From: an uncultured virus (IMG/VR IMGVR_UViG_3300020213_000019)
Taxonomy: Duplodnaviria; Heunggongvirae; Uroviricota; Caudoviricetes
Reading direction: 5' to 3' (one strand)
DNA length: 64,000 bases
Virus record (IMG/VR): IMGVR_UViG_3300020213_000019
A model generated the notes under the pieces. That model was given only the letters and a program-made list of their open reading frames with translations, did no database searches and was not told the DNA's origin. The translations under genes and the position numbers were made by a program. Shown piece after piece: positions 47,082 through 56,719 of this stretch (within the stretch, counting starts at the first letter, position 1; every line of letters begins with the position of its first letter).

Positions 47082-47335
47082 AAGGTTTTTTCTTTATCTA
47101 CTAATTGAATACTTATGTTTTTCTTTGTCGTGAATTTCACTTGGCCGATGACGATCCCCTCTGCTGTATAGAGGGCATTCATTTCGCTGTTGAACCGTAG
47201 CACATCCCCACACCTTGTGCATTGGGCCGGGTACTCAAGCCAACCGTACGCATAAGCTGGAGGAAGTATTTTCAGCTTATGCCGAGTGACAGCCTCAGCT
47301 TTTACATAGATATCTTTGATTGATACTGTTTTCAT
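47054..47335 (-). CDS. LGH-like family, tail CKRLLILS
   Basis: RHKL..CTRC..C(-8). Confidence 0.7.
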   Translation of the reverse strand: MKTVSIKDIYVKAEAVTRHKLKILPPAYAYGWLEYPAQCTRCGDVLRFNSEMNALYTAEGIVIGQVKFTTKKNISIQLVDKEKTLCKRLLILS

Positions 47336-47973
47336 TTCATGACTAGAAGCTTTTGTACTTGCGGATATGCTTCTAGTTTTTTGATCAATAATTCCCAGCT
47401 GATATCGTCATCTTTTTCAATGGCAGCACGGGCACGTACCAGTTTGTAGAATGGTACTGGGTTGGTCAGATGAATATTGGAAGCTAGCAATGCTTTTGAT
47501 CCGGGCATGTTTTTTTCAAACGCCAGAAGAAGAGGAGCATCAATATTTATTCGTTTGGAATGAGTCGAGTAAAGCGACGAGGTAATTTTGAACAAATCGG
47601 TAAGTATAGAGCTTGCTAAGTTGCATGCTGATGTACTGTTTATGTTACCGATACCCATCAAGTTCTTGCCGTTGGCCTCGCCATCTCTTAGTTTGAGCAT
47701 GTAATCAAATGCTTTATCTAAGATTTTATTAGCCGTATCTTCAGCAAGCGCCTTTGTGTTTAAAAGAATACCCATATCTGTTATGAAGTTAATTGCTCTT
47801 AAACTTGTGTTTATGAACGTAATAACTTTATAAATATCGGTACTGCTACTATGAACAAAAGCGATTCCGTTGTCTGTTCGACTACTTACAGGGAATCCGG
47901 GTTTACCCAGCGCATCTTTAGATGCTGCCAACCTAAACTCATTGAATTTTTTTATAGTGTCTTTACCGATCAT
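47332..47973 (-). CDS. hypothetical protein, tail QKLLVMK
   Basis: 213-aa ORF. Confidence 0.75.
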   Translation of the reverse strand: MIGKDTIKKFNEFRLAASKDALGKPGFPVSSRTDNGIAFVHSSSTDIYKVITFINTSLRAINFITDMGILLNTKALAEDTANKILDKAFDYMLKLRDGEANGKNLMGIGNINSTSACNLASSILTDLFKITSSLYSTHSKRINIDAPLLLAFEKNMPGSKALLASNIHLTNPVPFYKLVRARAAIEKDDDISWELLIKKLEAYPQVQKLLVMK

Positions 47974-48016
47974 TGGAGTTTCTGTAAACTTATAAGAAGA
48001 AAATAGTTCTCACTAG

Positions 48017-48334
48017 TCATAACATATTAGTAAATCTAGTACATAGGCTTTTTTCGTTACCAACGAATTTAGAAAGGTTACTGCCTGCGAACTCACCAAG
48101 AACCATTTCGCCAGCTACCACTTCCCATATATAGATTGCTTTATTGTTCACAGAGCGTAACGATTTTTGAAGCCTTATTTCTCTTTTACATGATTCGCAT
48201 TTGGTTTGAAGTCTTGGAGAAATATGCGGTCTAGGCCCAACAATCCATTCGCCTGGTTTGTGACCTAATTTTTTAATATGCATCAGAGCGTTGTCTTTTA
48301 GCTCATTTATTATTTTAAGTTCTTCTTCGTTCAT
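48017..48334 (-). CDS. LGH family, tail CTRFTNML
   Basis: KLGHKPGEW..CESC..C(-8). Confidence 0.75.
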   Translation of the reverse strand: MNEEELKIINELKDNALMHIKKLGHKPGEWIVGPRPHISPRLQTKCESCKREIRLQKSLRSVNNKAIYIWEVVAGEMVLGEFAGSNLSKFVGNEKSLCTRFTNML

Positions 48335-48340
48335 GGTAAC

Positions 48341-48784
48341 CTATAAAAATGAAGCGAATTTCGGACAGTAAGGAATGTTCTCTCTATTGATCGTAACATC
48401 TTCTAAAAATCCTTTACTAATACCGAAAGACAAATAAGGTGTCCAAATACTATTGGCTTTGTTAGAATTTACTACACCTACGTTATAGTGTTTCCACTCT
48501 GGATTAGGGGCCGAGCACATCTCGGCGCCAATGTTTATTCCACAGCGACCACAAATAACGCTTGTACATAAGAATGTTCGGCCAGGATGACCAACGTTCA
48601 ATGATTGATTTATAGCTGTAAATTTGTGATATCGTTTGTCGAAATATTGCCTCAACAGATACGACATAACTTCATTCGATTCCCACTCTGGATTTATTGC
48701 GTGAACAGTCGACCACGCTTCGTTGAAGTATTCTCTGTCTAAGGCCATTTGTGAAGTATCTGCAAGCATCGTAATGCTACTCAT
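48341..48784 (-). CDS. LGH-like family, tail CPKFASFL
   Basis: RYHKF..CGRC..C(-8); TGTCGAG at 48800-48806(-). Confidence 0.75.
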   Translation of the reverse strand: MSSITMLADTSQMALDREYFNEAWSTVHAINPEWESNEVMSYLLRQYFDKRYHKFTAINQSLNVGHPGRTFLCTSVICGRCGINIGAEMCSAPNPEWKHYNVGVVNSNKANSIWTPYLSFGISKGFLEDVTINRENIPYCPKFASFL

Positions 48785-48810
48785 CAGTTCCGATGATCAC
48801 TCGACACGTC

Positions 48811-48852
48811 AAAAGAAAAAGGGCGGCGAGCTTTTTGGTGCTCGCCGCCCTT
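48811..48852 (-). terminator. intrinsic terminator
   Basis: GGGCGGCGAGC-loop-GCTCGCCGCCC-TTTTTCTTTT on minus strand. Confidence 0.8.
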
Positions 48853-48869
48853 GAGATAGTCTTTTGTTT

Positions 48870-49232
48870 TCAGAAAATATAACGTCGTGGGGCGACTGTA
48901 TTGGCTTCGTTACCAGATTTTGGCTCCTTGTCATCAAAGGCGCCCGTTTCTTCCTGGATATTTATCACATCGCCGAGGTCAAATTCATTGACCCAAGCAA
49001 TAGCCTCTATATCATCAATGATGACTTCGCAAAGTGCCGGAAGGTTCATCATCTGAAATTCAAGAGACAGAAGCTCGCCAGCTTCGCTGGGTGTAGGTGC
49101 GGGTGGGATCATGCAGTACCGACCAGAAGCCGGACCCACAATAGGAGCTGATTGCTCCTCTAAACGAATTGCCTTCAACTTTCGCTGGGATATCCTTGTA
49201 GGGATATCAGTTGGTACTGGTTTAGATTTCAA
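48870..49232 (-). CDS. hypothetical protein
   Basis: Flanked by TGTCGAG (49274) and a terminator. Confidence 0.6.
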   Translation of the reverse strand: MKSKPVPTDIPTRISQRKLKAIRLEEQSAPIVGPASGRYCMIPPAPTPSEAGELLSLEFQMMNLPALCEVIIDDIEAIAWVNEFDLGDVINIQEETGAFDDKEPKSGNEANTVAPRRYIF

Positions 49233-49337
49233 TTCAGCATCCTATTTTAATTAAGGAGGCCCGCCACGACGGACTCGACAAGAGGGACAGATGGGGACTT
49301 AATCAGATATCTCAATATTACTAATTAAATAACCGAT

Positions 49338-49712
49338 TTAAGTCAAAACTTTGAGTCGTTCGCAAATGAAAAACGGGTCCGGTTTCTGATCCATGTGTGA
49401 TTCCCAAATTGTAGTAATTACAGGCCTTTGCATGACAGATTTTTGGTCCATCTCAGCTATGAGAGGGTTATGCGTAAACGTGCGCACATCGGTCATCTGC
49501 ACGTGACTTAGCTTTATTTCCGAGTCTCCAGCAGATTGAATGCCAAACTGCGTATGACAAGTCAGGCATTTGCTGACGTGCGTTATAGACATACCTATGG
49601 AAATACCGCTAAGTTTCCAATCAGTAAGTTTATGTCCCAAACGTTTAAGTATCACGGTTGCAATGGTAATCATACTATCACCATAGTCATTCAAGTGAAA
49701 TTCTGCATGCAT
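49338..49712 (-). CDS. LGH family, tail CERLKVLT
   Basis: KRLGHKLTDW..CLTC..C(-8). Confidence 0.75.
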   Translation of the reverse strand: MHAEFHLNDYGDSMITIATVILKRLGHKLTDWKLSGISIGMSITHVSKCLTCHTQFGIQSAGDSEIKLSHVQMTDVRTFTHNPLIAEMDQKSVMQRPVITTIWESHMDQKPDPFFICERLKVLT

Positions 49713-50068
49713 GAGCAGTAAGTTTCGCGCGGAATTTGAAGGTATATGCTTCGGTTTTTGTTAAGCTCATTGGTAATTCTATCCTCCATACCTTCCAGAT
49801 TAGCGTCTTCTTCTGAATCTTCACTATCTTTGAACGTGACCTCAATGAGTCCAGTGGTTTCGTAATCTCCAGCCTTCATGGCGAACATTGAATAAAATTC
49901 ATTGTGCTGCTTAAGTCCAAAGATCAGACTGCACCCTTGTTTCGTGCAGGAACAGTGAGCAATGGAATTGAAAAGAGGGTTAGTAGACTCGGCCCATTCA
50001 CATGGTTCATGCCCGATACGACGCAGAACGTTGTGACATACGCGCTTCATAAGCTCTTCGCGTTTCAC
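49691..50068 (-). CDS. LGH family, tail CSCMQNFT
   Basis: GTG start overlapping upstream stop; RRIGHEPCEW..CTKQGC. Confidence 0.7.
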   Translation of the reverse strand: MKREELMKRVCHNVLRRIGHEPCEWAESTNPLFNSIAHCSCTKQGCSLIFGLKQHNEFYSMFAMKAGDYETTGLIEVTFKDSEDSEEDANLEGMEDRITNELNKNRSIYLQIPRETYCSCMQNFT

Positions 50069-50403
50069 ATTAGTAACTCCAGTTTTTGCGGGACGATCTT
50101 GTAACCTAGGCATTCTAATTCTTGGTCTACTACCCGCTGCGCATGCTGGACATCCACTTTCCACCCTAGTCCGCGGCTCCCGATTTCCAGGCTTAGTGCA
50201 GGAAAAGTACCCTCTATTTGTTTCTGACACATTATGGAGTGGGAGTCCCATAGGAAAATCGCCCACGACCACTGGAGTGATGCTGGTGTTCTTAAAGTTA
50301 AAGTTGCGCATGTCACCCTAATTTTCTGACCAAAAGCTTCTCGATAAAAATGTTTGTAATGCTGCTCTTCGGCAGCCTCATGCCAAGGTAAGGCTAACAA
50401 CAT
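50065..50403 (-). CDS. family C protein, tail QKLELLM
   Basis: AQRVVDQELECLGYKIV block. Confidence 0.7.
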   Translation of the reverse strand: MLLALPWHEAAEEQHYKHFYREAFGQKIRVTCATLTLRTPASLQWSWAIFLWDSHSIMCQKQIEGTFPALSLEIGSRGLGWKVDVQHAQRVVDQELECLGYKIVPQKLELLM

Positions 50404-50406
50404 CGT

Positions 50407-50922
50407 TCACAACCACGTTCTTATTTTCTGGCAATAGTATTTCTGCTTGATCGTAGACAGCTTTCGCTTGATCACTTCGTCGGGGTCGGGGCCTTCTTCG
50501 TCGTCAGGTAATGGAGTAGCGCCAGGTTTAACAAGCTGAAAGAGATAGTTGGTTAAAGCATTAGTAGTATTGAAGTCTCTCGGGCCCAACATACAAATAG
50601 TCTTTTTACTCACTTTAGGACCCGTGTCCCATTTCCATGCTCGCTCCACCTCGCAGGCTGGCTCTACAACGATTTCTACAAGGTTCCAGTCCTGTTTCCA
50701 GAAGCGACCAATCTGAGCCTCCTTGGACACACCAGGGTCACCACAGATGGCGAATGGTTTCTTGCAATGGCGACAGAAGGCAGTCAGCTGCATTCCGGGC
50801 CATGAGAATGTTTCAAGCCAGTTATCAGTCGGTAAGGCATGACCAAGCTTGCGAAGAATATATCGCGAATACTTGATGAGACTTTCTTTTGAAGCGCCTA
50901 TGTTTTCTTTATCTTCGTTCAT
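50407..50922 (-). CDS. LGH family, tail CQKIRTWL
   Basis: RKLGHALPTDNW..CRHC..C(-8). Confidence 0.75.
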   Translation of the reverse strand: MNEDKENIGASKESLIKYSRYILRKLGHALPTDNWLETFSWPGMQLTAFCRHCKKPFAICGDPGVSKEAQIGRFWKQDWNLVEIVVEPACEVERAWKWDTGPKVSKKTICMLGPRDFNTTNALTNYLFQLVKPGATPLPDDEEGPDPDEVIKRKLSTIKQKYYCQKIRTWL

Positions 50923-51263
50923 ATCATCACCATAAGTCGATCATCAATTACTTTAATTCCAGATTTTATCATCTCGTCATCAATTAGTTTTTTAGCTTCA
51001 TCAATGCTGTTAGCGTATCCATAACTAACGGCAGCTATCAAGTTGCTGTTTACCCTTGGGTATTGGTATCCAAACAAATCATTATCTTCAGGCCAAATCT
51101 GTGGAGCCCAATCTTTACTGGCTTGGTGAATGCTTGAATGACTTTCCTCATTCAAAGGATCATCGGACAACCGAAGGTCCCGATACCACATGAAGCTCAT
51201 ATTAACTGAAAAATTAGGCCTTTTTTGCCTTTTTTTAAAAAGACAAAGGTCTTCTCCATCCAC
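50919..51263 (-). CDS. family C protein, tail DRLMVMI
   Basis: AKKLIDDEMIKSGIKVI block. Confidence 0.7.
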   Translation of the reverse strand: MDGEDLCLFKKRQKRPNFSVNMSFMWYRDLRLSDDPLNEESHSSIHQASKDWAPQIWPEDNDLFGYQYPRVNSNLIAAVSYGYANSIDEAKKLIDDEMIKSGIKVIDDRLMVMI

Positions 51264-51276
51264 GGAAGAGCGATGA

Positions 51277-51759
51277 TCATAACAGAACCTTTAGATAAGA
51301 GCACAATACCCATTCCATACGTTCACTTTTAGTAAGAGCATGAAGCATATAGTTTCGATCTAGAGCTTCTTCAAGGTACGTAGTTGGCTCCATAGAAAAT
51401 AAATTTAGTTGCGAGCCGAATCGTCTATTATTTACCGATTCGTCAGTCTCTATGTTTGCTATGTAGTAGCATGTTTTTGATAGCTGATGCTCGAATACTA
51501 TGTCGTCACGGGGTTCTGCTGGAAATAAACATGAGAGTTCAAAATTACAATATTCATCGGGTGATAATATGAATTCGTGTGCACAGCCAGCTCTTTCACA
51601 TCGACAAGTGTATTCAACCAAACCGTGATTATGTTCGTCAAAAATAGGGAGCCAATGCATGTTAGTAACAACATGACCAAGCAGATCTAAAATTTCGTTA
51701 GATCTGAGTTTCACGTCGTTTTTCAACTCAATTATTTTAGACAACGAAATCTCTCGCAA
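51277..51759 (-). CDS. LGH family, tail CSYLKVLL
   Basis: LLGHVVTNMHW..CERAGC..C(-8). Confidence 0.75.
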   Translation of the reverse strand: MREISLSKIIELKNDVKLRSNEILDLLGHVVTNMHWLPIFDEHNHGLVEYTCRCERAGCAHEFILSPDEYCNFELSCLFPAEPRDDIVFEHQLSKTCYYIANIETDESVNNRRFGSQLNLFSMEPTTYLEEALDRNYMLHALTKSERMEWVLCSYLKVLL

Positions 51760-52112
51760 ACAAATTCTTCTGGAAGATTTTTGATATACGTTTTGAACTC
51801 TTCATCTATCATACACGTACCAGATTGAGTAACGGTATTTCCACGTCCGTCTAGTGGGCTGACTGTGAATTCAAAGAAGTCGTAATTGAAATGCATTCTC
51901 CAACACTGACGCTCTTCGCGCCCATTCCAAGTTGTAGATGTTTTTTGAAAAAAAACTTGTTCATTACAATTTTTATTCAGACAGCTTATGCTGTATTGTC
52001 GTGCTGCTGATGTTCCGTGGCGTTTCCATTTATTTGTCTTATGACCAAGATGTATCAATACCGATTCAGCAGAAGATTTAGCAGTAGAGATGGGCTGTTT
52101 GATGTGAACCAT
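51732..52112 (-). CDS. LGH family, tail CERFRCLK
   Basis: HLGHKTNKW..CLNKNC..C(-8); start estimated. Confidence 0.7.
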   Translation of the reverse strand: MVHIKQPISTAKSSAESVLIHLGHKTNKWKRHGTSAARQYSISCLNKNCNEQVFFQKTSTTWNGREERQCWRMHFNYDFFEFTVSPLDGRGNTVTQSGTCMIDEEFKTYIKNLPEEFVCERFRCLK

Positions 52113-52125
52113 ATCTCGGTATACT

Positions 52126-52347
52126 TTAATTTGACTGCGTGTTTTTACCGACATTTGGATTGGCGGAATGAAGCATTCCGCAGGATGGACAAGAGATGCA
52201 GGTAGGTGTGTCGGTTGGAATTGTTTTACTGGATTTCTTAGAACAACGAATGCATATAAGCTCAAATTTAGCGAAGTCTATCTTTTTGAATACTCCGCTC
52301 AGAACACTAGGAACAAATGATTCATCAATCGGATCTTTTTCTTCCAT
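52126..52347 (-). CDS. small Zn-ribbon protein
   Basis: CIRC...CPSC. Confidence 0.6.
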   Translation of the reverse strand: MEEKDPIDESFVPSVLSGVFKKIDFAKFELICIRCSKKSSKTIPTDTPTCISCPSCGMLHSANPNVGKNTQSN

Positions 52348-52360
52348 AAATACACTTCCC

Positions 52361-52939
52361 TCATGTCAGTACACGCAGACGTGGACAATAGAACTCGTCA
52401 TTTACAGTTCCTTCCATCTCACAAGTCTCAAAAGAATCGATCGGAATATTTATTCCACGCTCAACCCATTGCTGCCCATCCGTCTCGTTCTCGAAGACTT
52501 TAGTGTAAGCCACAGGGTATTCTTTCAAGACATTGACATCATTAGGAATTGGATCCATCAAAGAAAAAGAAGCGTGTAGAGCCTCTCTAGGATTGCTTGG
52601 AGCATACAAACGGCCGTAATTGATTTTGTATTCTTGGACATGCAATATGGCTAATCCTCCTTCATCCTCCCAAGATCGTTTAATCTCGATCTTCTCACGG
52701 AGAAGGTGAATTGTTTTATCGCATCTAAGGCACTGGGCTTTCCAATGCTCCTTAGCGTGAGGTTCAGCGTTTTTCCCGACCTGTGGAATTAACGCGAATT
52801 CTCTCATCTTGTGACCAAACTTGCGAAGAAAGATATTCGCAAGCGATGGCGCAAGCTCAAGACTATTTGCTATAACCCAACGATCATAATGAGTTGGGGC
52901 TCGAAGCTCTTGTGCAAATTCGTTCTTATTTTTGGCCAT
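52361..52939 (-). CDS. LGH family, tail CPRLRVLT
   Basis: RKFGHKM..CLRC..C(-8); TGTCGAG at 52968-52974(-). Confidence 0.75.
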   Translation of the reverse strand: MAKNKNEFAQELRAPTHYDRWVIANSLELAPSLANIFLRKFGHKMREFALIPQVGKNAEPHAKEHWKAQCLRCDKTIHLLREKIEIKRSWEDEGGLAILHVQEYKINYGRLYAPSNPREALHASFSLMDPIPNDVNVLKEYPVAYTKVFENETDGQQWVERGINIPIDSFETCEMEGTVNDEFYCPRLRVLT

Positions 52940-53144
52940 TCTTATAAATGGCTACGAAGATGATCCACTCGACATCTAATCGTCACAAAGAACTGGCCTA
53001 GTTATCCAGTCCGAATTTTTAGGTGACACCCAATTATCATCAATTTTTATCGTGTCGTCATCAATTAACTTCATAACCCCAATGATTATGACCAATGACA
53101 CGAGCAACTTCGTACGTAGAAACGTTACGTACAAGATCGATAAT

Positions 53145-53327
53145 TCAAATTAGATATAGGAGAACAATAATGACTACGGCAACGAGCGCAAGCGTCAATA
53201 CGAACATGGCCGTTTTCTTAAAAAAGCCCAAAAAGAATTTCGCTACGAAAGCCTTAATAGTTTTCTTGATAAGCGGCCAAAGAACTTCTTTAGCTGCCTT
53301 GAACAGTAACTGTAGAATTTGTTTCAT
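53145..53327 (-). CDS. small membrane protein
   Basis: GAGG RBS, amphipathic helix plus TM. Confidence 0.6.
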   Translation of the reverse strand: MKQILQLLFKAAKEVLWPLIKKTIKAFVAKFFLGFFKKTAMFVLTLALVAVVIIVLLYLI

Positions 53328-53751
53328 TGAATTCCTCTGACGAACGTTTGGTTTCGGTGTCGATGTTAATGAAATGCGAATCGGCGCTCATCGTAATCTT
53401 CCTCACCGTTTTATCGTTTGGAAAGAATACGCATGTATTGGTTGAAGTGTTATACCGCAACTTTCCTGCAACCTCGACTGCAAAATCGTTCTTTTCCTCA
53501 TCGGTAAAGAACCCCAATTTCAGTTTGTAGTCCATTGGGTTATCGTCAACAACGATGTGCATTGAGCCATTGGCATACTCAACAACGTCATCGTAATTGA
53601 GTAAAAACTTCTTTACCAAATACTCGCGGTATTCAATATCGAAATCGACATCCTCACCCTTTAGGTGGCATTCCGGGTGCCCGGCAAGGACAAAATATTC
53701 ATGTGCGCGTTTGTGTTCTGAATCGTTCAAATTGACAGGAACGTAACTCAA
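53290..53751 (-). CDS. hypothetical protein
   Basis: GGAGG RBS before TTG. Confidence 0.7.
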   Translation of the reverse strand: MSYVPVNLNDSEHKRAHEYFVLAGHPECHLKGEDVDFDIEYREYLVKKFLLNYDDVVEYANGSMHIVVDDNPMDYKLKLGFFTDEEKNDFAVEVAGKLRYNTSTNTCVFFPNDKTVRKITMSADSHFINIDTETKRSSEEFNETNSTVTVQGS

Positions 53752-53848
53752 TGGAACCTCCGATGAAATTGTAAACCGTTTTAACTACAGAGCATCGATT
53801 TAGACGTATCGACTTTTCGTTTTGTAAAATATTAAATCGTAAGAATAA

Positions 53849-55021
53849 TCAGTAGTATCGATTATTATAATACATTAATTCGCTCAACTCTTTTGAGTTG
53901 ATGGAATACATGTAGTGCTCTGTTGCCTTTACGATTTTGTTTCGTAGACATGCCAGAACATCCTGGGTCATGCTGAACGTCTCGCGATTGATCGCTACGT
54001 TCAGCTCCCCATTATCGAAATTGAATACATACTTAGGAGGATACATCATGAAGATTGGGGGCCTCCCAAACATCATGCTACGATCGCTAATATAGCGATA
54101 TCGATCCCCGCCCGGATAGTACGAATGGTTGTTCTGGCTAAATCCATCACACCGTTTTCTGTATACCGTATGCATCAACTCATCACGATAAGCATTATGC
54201 AATTCTCCCAATGTTTTCTTGTCGTCGAAAGAGTAAGGCATACGATCAATCAGTATAATGAACGCATTTCTGTCGAATGAATCGATAGTGTGTTTGCTTG
54301 GCCCATCTAAATAGTAGCCGTGATGACCGTGCGAATCAACATAGATGTCAATACCAGGAATGGTAGATTTAAGGCTAATCATACTTTCCTCTGGCATGCC
54401 GTATGCGTTTCCATTACCAGAGGTGATGATAGGCCTCGGGTTCCACCAGAAGGTAGCCGTGAGTATTTCTTTTTTAAAGGTATCGTAATCTACAGGCTTG
54501 ATCGCAATAACAATCTCTGTACCGCTCGGCTTATTGGTTTTTTTGGTAGACATCAAAGCGATTTTACCAACCTGACTCTCATCGATATAAGCCGTGTACG
54601 TCCTGGTCTTGCCAGCAACGGTGGTAATGATCGAGAACGAATCACTGTAAGCAAACGGAGTTTTCGCCCCGATACCAAAGCCACCTGTTTGCTCATTAGA
54701 ACCTCGTTTGGTGCTGGCTCCGTATTGAAGAAACACGTTCTTCATTCTCTCAGGGCTGATGCCATGTCCAAAATCACGAATCCTAAGCTCGCTTGCAAGT
54801 GGCGTAGGGAAATCGATCTCAATCGGAACGTCCCCTTTACCGGCCTCACGATGAGCGTCACGCGCATTGCAAGTGATCTCTCGGCAGATTGCTTTAATAG
54901 GATTAGAGTACAGCTTGCTGCGCAAAATCTCGAATACGAAACCGAGATTATCTGCACCGAATGTTAACTCGTTACTAGTACCTTCCGACTCAACATTAGC
55001 GCCTTCAGCTACAATCTTCAT
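53849..55021 (-). CDS. rIIA-like GHKL (HSP90/MutL-type) ATPase
   Basis: LYSNPIKAICREITCNARDAH, IRDFGHGIS, YGASTK, GGFGIGAK.PF.Y. Confidence 0.82.
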   Translation of the reverse strand: MKIVAEGANVESEGTSNELTFGADNLGFVFEILRSKLYSNPIKAICREITCNARDAHREAGKGDVPIEIDFPTPLASELRIRDFGHGISPERMKNVFLQYGASTKRGSNEQTGGFGIGAKTPFAYSDSFSIITTVAGKTRTYTAYIDESQVGKIALMSTKKTNKPSGTEIVIAIKPVDYDTFKKEILTATFWWNPRPIITSGNGNAYGMPEESMISLKSTIPGIDIYVDSHGHHGYYLDGPSKHTIDSFDRNAFIILIDRMPYSFDDKKTLGELHNAYRDELMHTVYRKRCDGFSQNNHSYYPGGDRYRYISDRSMMFGRPPIFMMYPPKYVFNFDNGELNVAINRETFSMTQDVLACLRNKIVKATEHYMYSINSKELSELMYYNNRYY

Positions 55022-55043
55022 ATGGTTAACCAGCTATATAGGT

Positions 55044-55328
55044 ATGTTACATTCAGCGGAACAGGAACCAAAGAAGATTGAGCGCACCGTTAAAGGCTGG
55101 CACATTTCTTTGGAGGGGGAGTATATTCGTATGGTAACTCCATCCGGAACGGTAAGCAAGATCCATTTGGAACAACCTTTACCTTCATACGCCCTAATCA
55201 CTAAAGAGGCGCAGGTATTGACAAAAAGCGGCCCTGAGTACAAAAAGATCCAGCTGATTGGACCTACACTACCACCAGAAGTAGTGAGTTTCATCAAACG
55301 CCTGAAAAAAGCAATCGTCCTTAGGTGA
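55044..55328 (+). CDS. hypothetical protein, tail KKAIVLR
   Basis: ATG 55044; convergent with the downstream array. Confidence 0.65.
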   Translation: MLHSAEQEPKKIERTVKGWHISLEGEYIRMVTPSGTVSKIHLEQPLPSYALITKEAQVLTKSGPEYKKIQLIGPTLPPEVVSFIKRLKKAIVLR

Positions 55329-55815
55329 GATTCAAAAGGCTCCGCATTTTGCCGATGATTTTATCCAAGGAACTATCGAACTTAACAACGCGTTCGAATA
55401 CGACCTGAAGGCCATCGCACTGAATAAGAGTGTCTTCTGAATGTACGAATACTGAACCGCTACCAATATCGATCGTTCTGTAGCATATTTCAAAATAAGC
55501 ATTCCCTTTGCGATACATGCGCATATCCCACCGCCTACACTCATCACCAACTACATTGGCGTCAGGGTAAGTTGCGCTGGGCCCTACCAAATAATGCTCT
55601 TCCTCGAACCGCTGATAGAAATGACTAGAGGTCATTTCTGATTCAGGCGGTTGCCATGGAGCATAAAGATGCTTTCCTTTACCAGGAATAGAATCAATGC
55701 AATATAAGATACGAGTAAAGTATCTTTTACGGGTAGAACATGATTGACTGGCATCACCAACAGGACCGTTACATATGGGGCAATAACCGAAAGCTGTTTT
55801 ATCTGTCCATTCCAT
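55321..55815 (-). CDS. CxxC..HY family, tail RSLLNLT
   Basis: CPICN..C..HFY. Confidence 0.75.
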   Translation of the reverse strand: MEWTDKTAFGYCPICNGPVGDASQSCSTRKRYFTRILYCIDSIPGKGKHLYAPWQPPESEMTSSHFYQRFEEEHYLVGPSATYPDANVVGDECRRWDMRMYRKGNAYFEICYRTIDIGSGSVFVHSEDTLIQCDGLQVVFERVVKFDSSLDKIIGKMRSLLNLT

Positions 55816-56333
55816 TATGTGAAGTGGAGAAGGCGCTTCGCTTTATTGTAGACTTCTGTATAATTGTCTACAGTTAGCTTTCCAGGATTCCAGATGCCAG
55901 GCACATTTAGAGTGCGCCAATTACCTTTGGCCGTTACCTCTGTCAGATCAGTATCGCTTACTACTTCGCCGGGTCGTACTTTTGCACTATGGGTATATTC
56001 AACCAGCAATAAGTATTTAGACGGATGAGTCTCTGCTTGTTTAACACGATGCTCTTGTCTATAGGCAACTCTATGAGAGTTCATCTTCATTTTCATGAAT
56101 TTATGAGTCACTTCAAAGAAATGAGCTTTTGACTGATGAGATGAAAGGATGTTCTTCCTGGCAGGATATTTACCGCATAAGCGAACCAATTTACGGTTGT
56201 CGATGCGATTATCGGAACCATCCTTTTCGATGAAGTCGATTAATGCAGAATTGCAGATCGGGCAAGTCTCACGATAGAGAGGAAAGCAATCGGGACTAAA
56301 CACGCTTCCGGGCAGACAGGGTACAAACGACAT
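55815..56333 (-). CDS. CxxC..HY family, tail KRLLHFT
   Basis: CPICN..C..HFF. Confidence 0.75.
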   Translation of the reverse strand: MSFVPCLPGSVFSPDCFPLYRETCPICNSALIDFIEKDGSDNRIDNRKLVRLCGKYPARKNILSSHQSKAHFFEVTHKFMKMKMNSHRVAYRQEHRVKQAETHPSKYLLLVEYTHSAKVRPGEVVSDTDLTEVTAKGNWRTLNVPGIWNPGKLTVDNYTEVYNKAKRLLHFT

Positions 56334-56345
56334 GTGCGCTCTATA

Positions 56346-56717
56346 TCACTTAAGGTGTGATAATCTCTCTATGTTATGCATCGTAGTTTCTATGTCAATG
56401 AAATCTTTCACAACATAATGAAAATCATAATTGCTATGACCATTATAGAAGATTGTCATTTTAGGCTCACCTGTAACTCTACTGTGTTGCCTATACTCTA
56501 TTTCTAATCGATCTATACTGCCTTCATAGTCTTCTGTTTCAATCCAAATAGTTTGAACTGATGGTCCGTTAGGGAAAATTTTTAGTCGCTCTGTAAAATG
56601 AGCAAAGCTGAGGTCCCTACAATCTCGGCTAAAATGCTCTTTAGGTGTTCTAAACCATTCCTCTAATGGCTTGGTGCACACCGGGCAGTGTTCGTATGTA
56701 ACGATCGTTTCAACCAT
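56346..56717 (-). CDS. CxxC..HY family, tail ERLSHLK
   Basis: CPVCT..C..HF. Confidence 0.75.
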   Translation of the reverse strand: MVETIVTYEHCPVCTKPLEEWFRTPKEHFSRDCRDLSFAHFTERLKIFPNGPSVQTIWIETEDYEGSIDRLEIEYRQHSRVTGEPKMTIFYNGHSNYDFHYVVKDFIDIETTMHNIERLSHLK

Positions 56718-56719
56718 GA

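Noticed and set aside
50069..50311. N-terminal extensions of ORFs 49691-50311, 51732-52265 and 54867-55328
   Set aside because: They overlap better-supported genes; downstream starts fit the coupling pattern.
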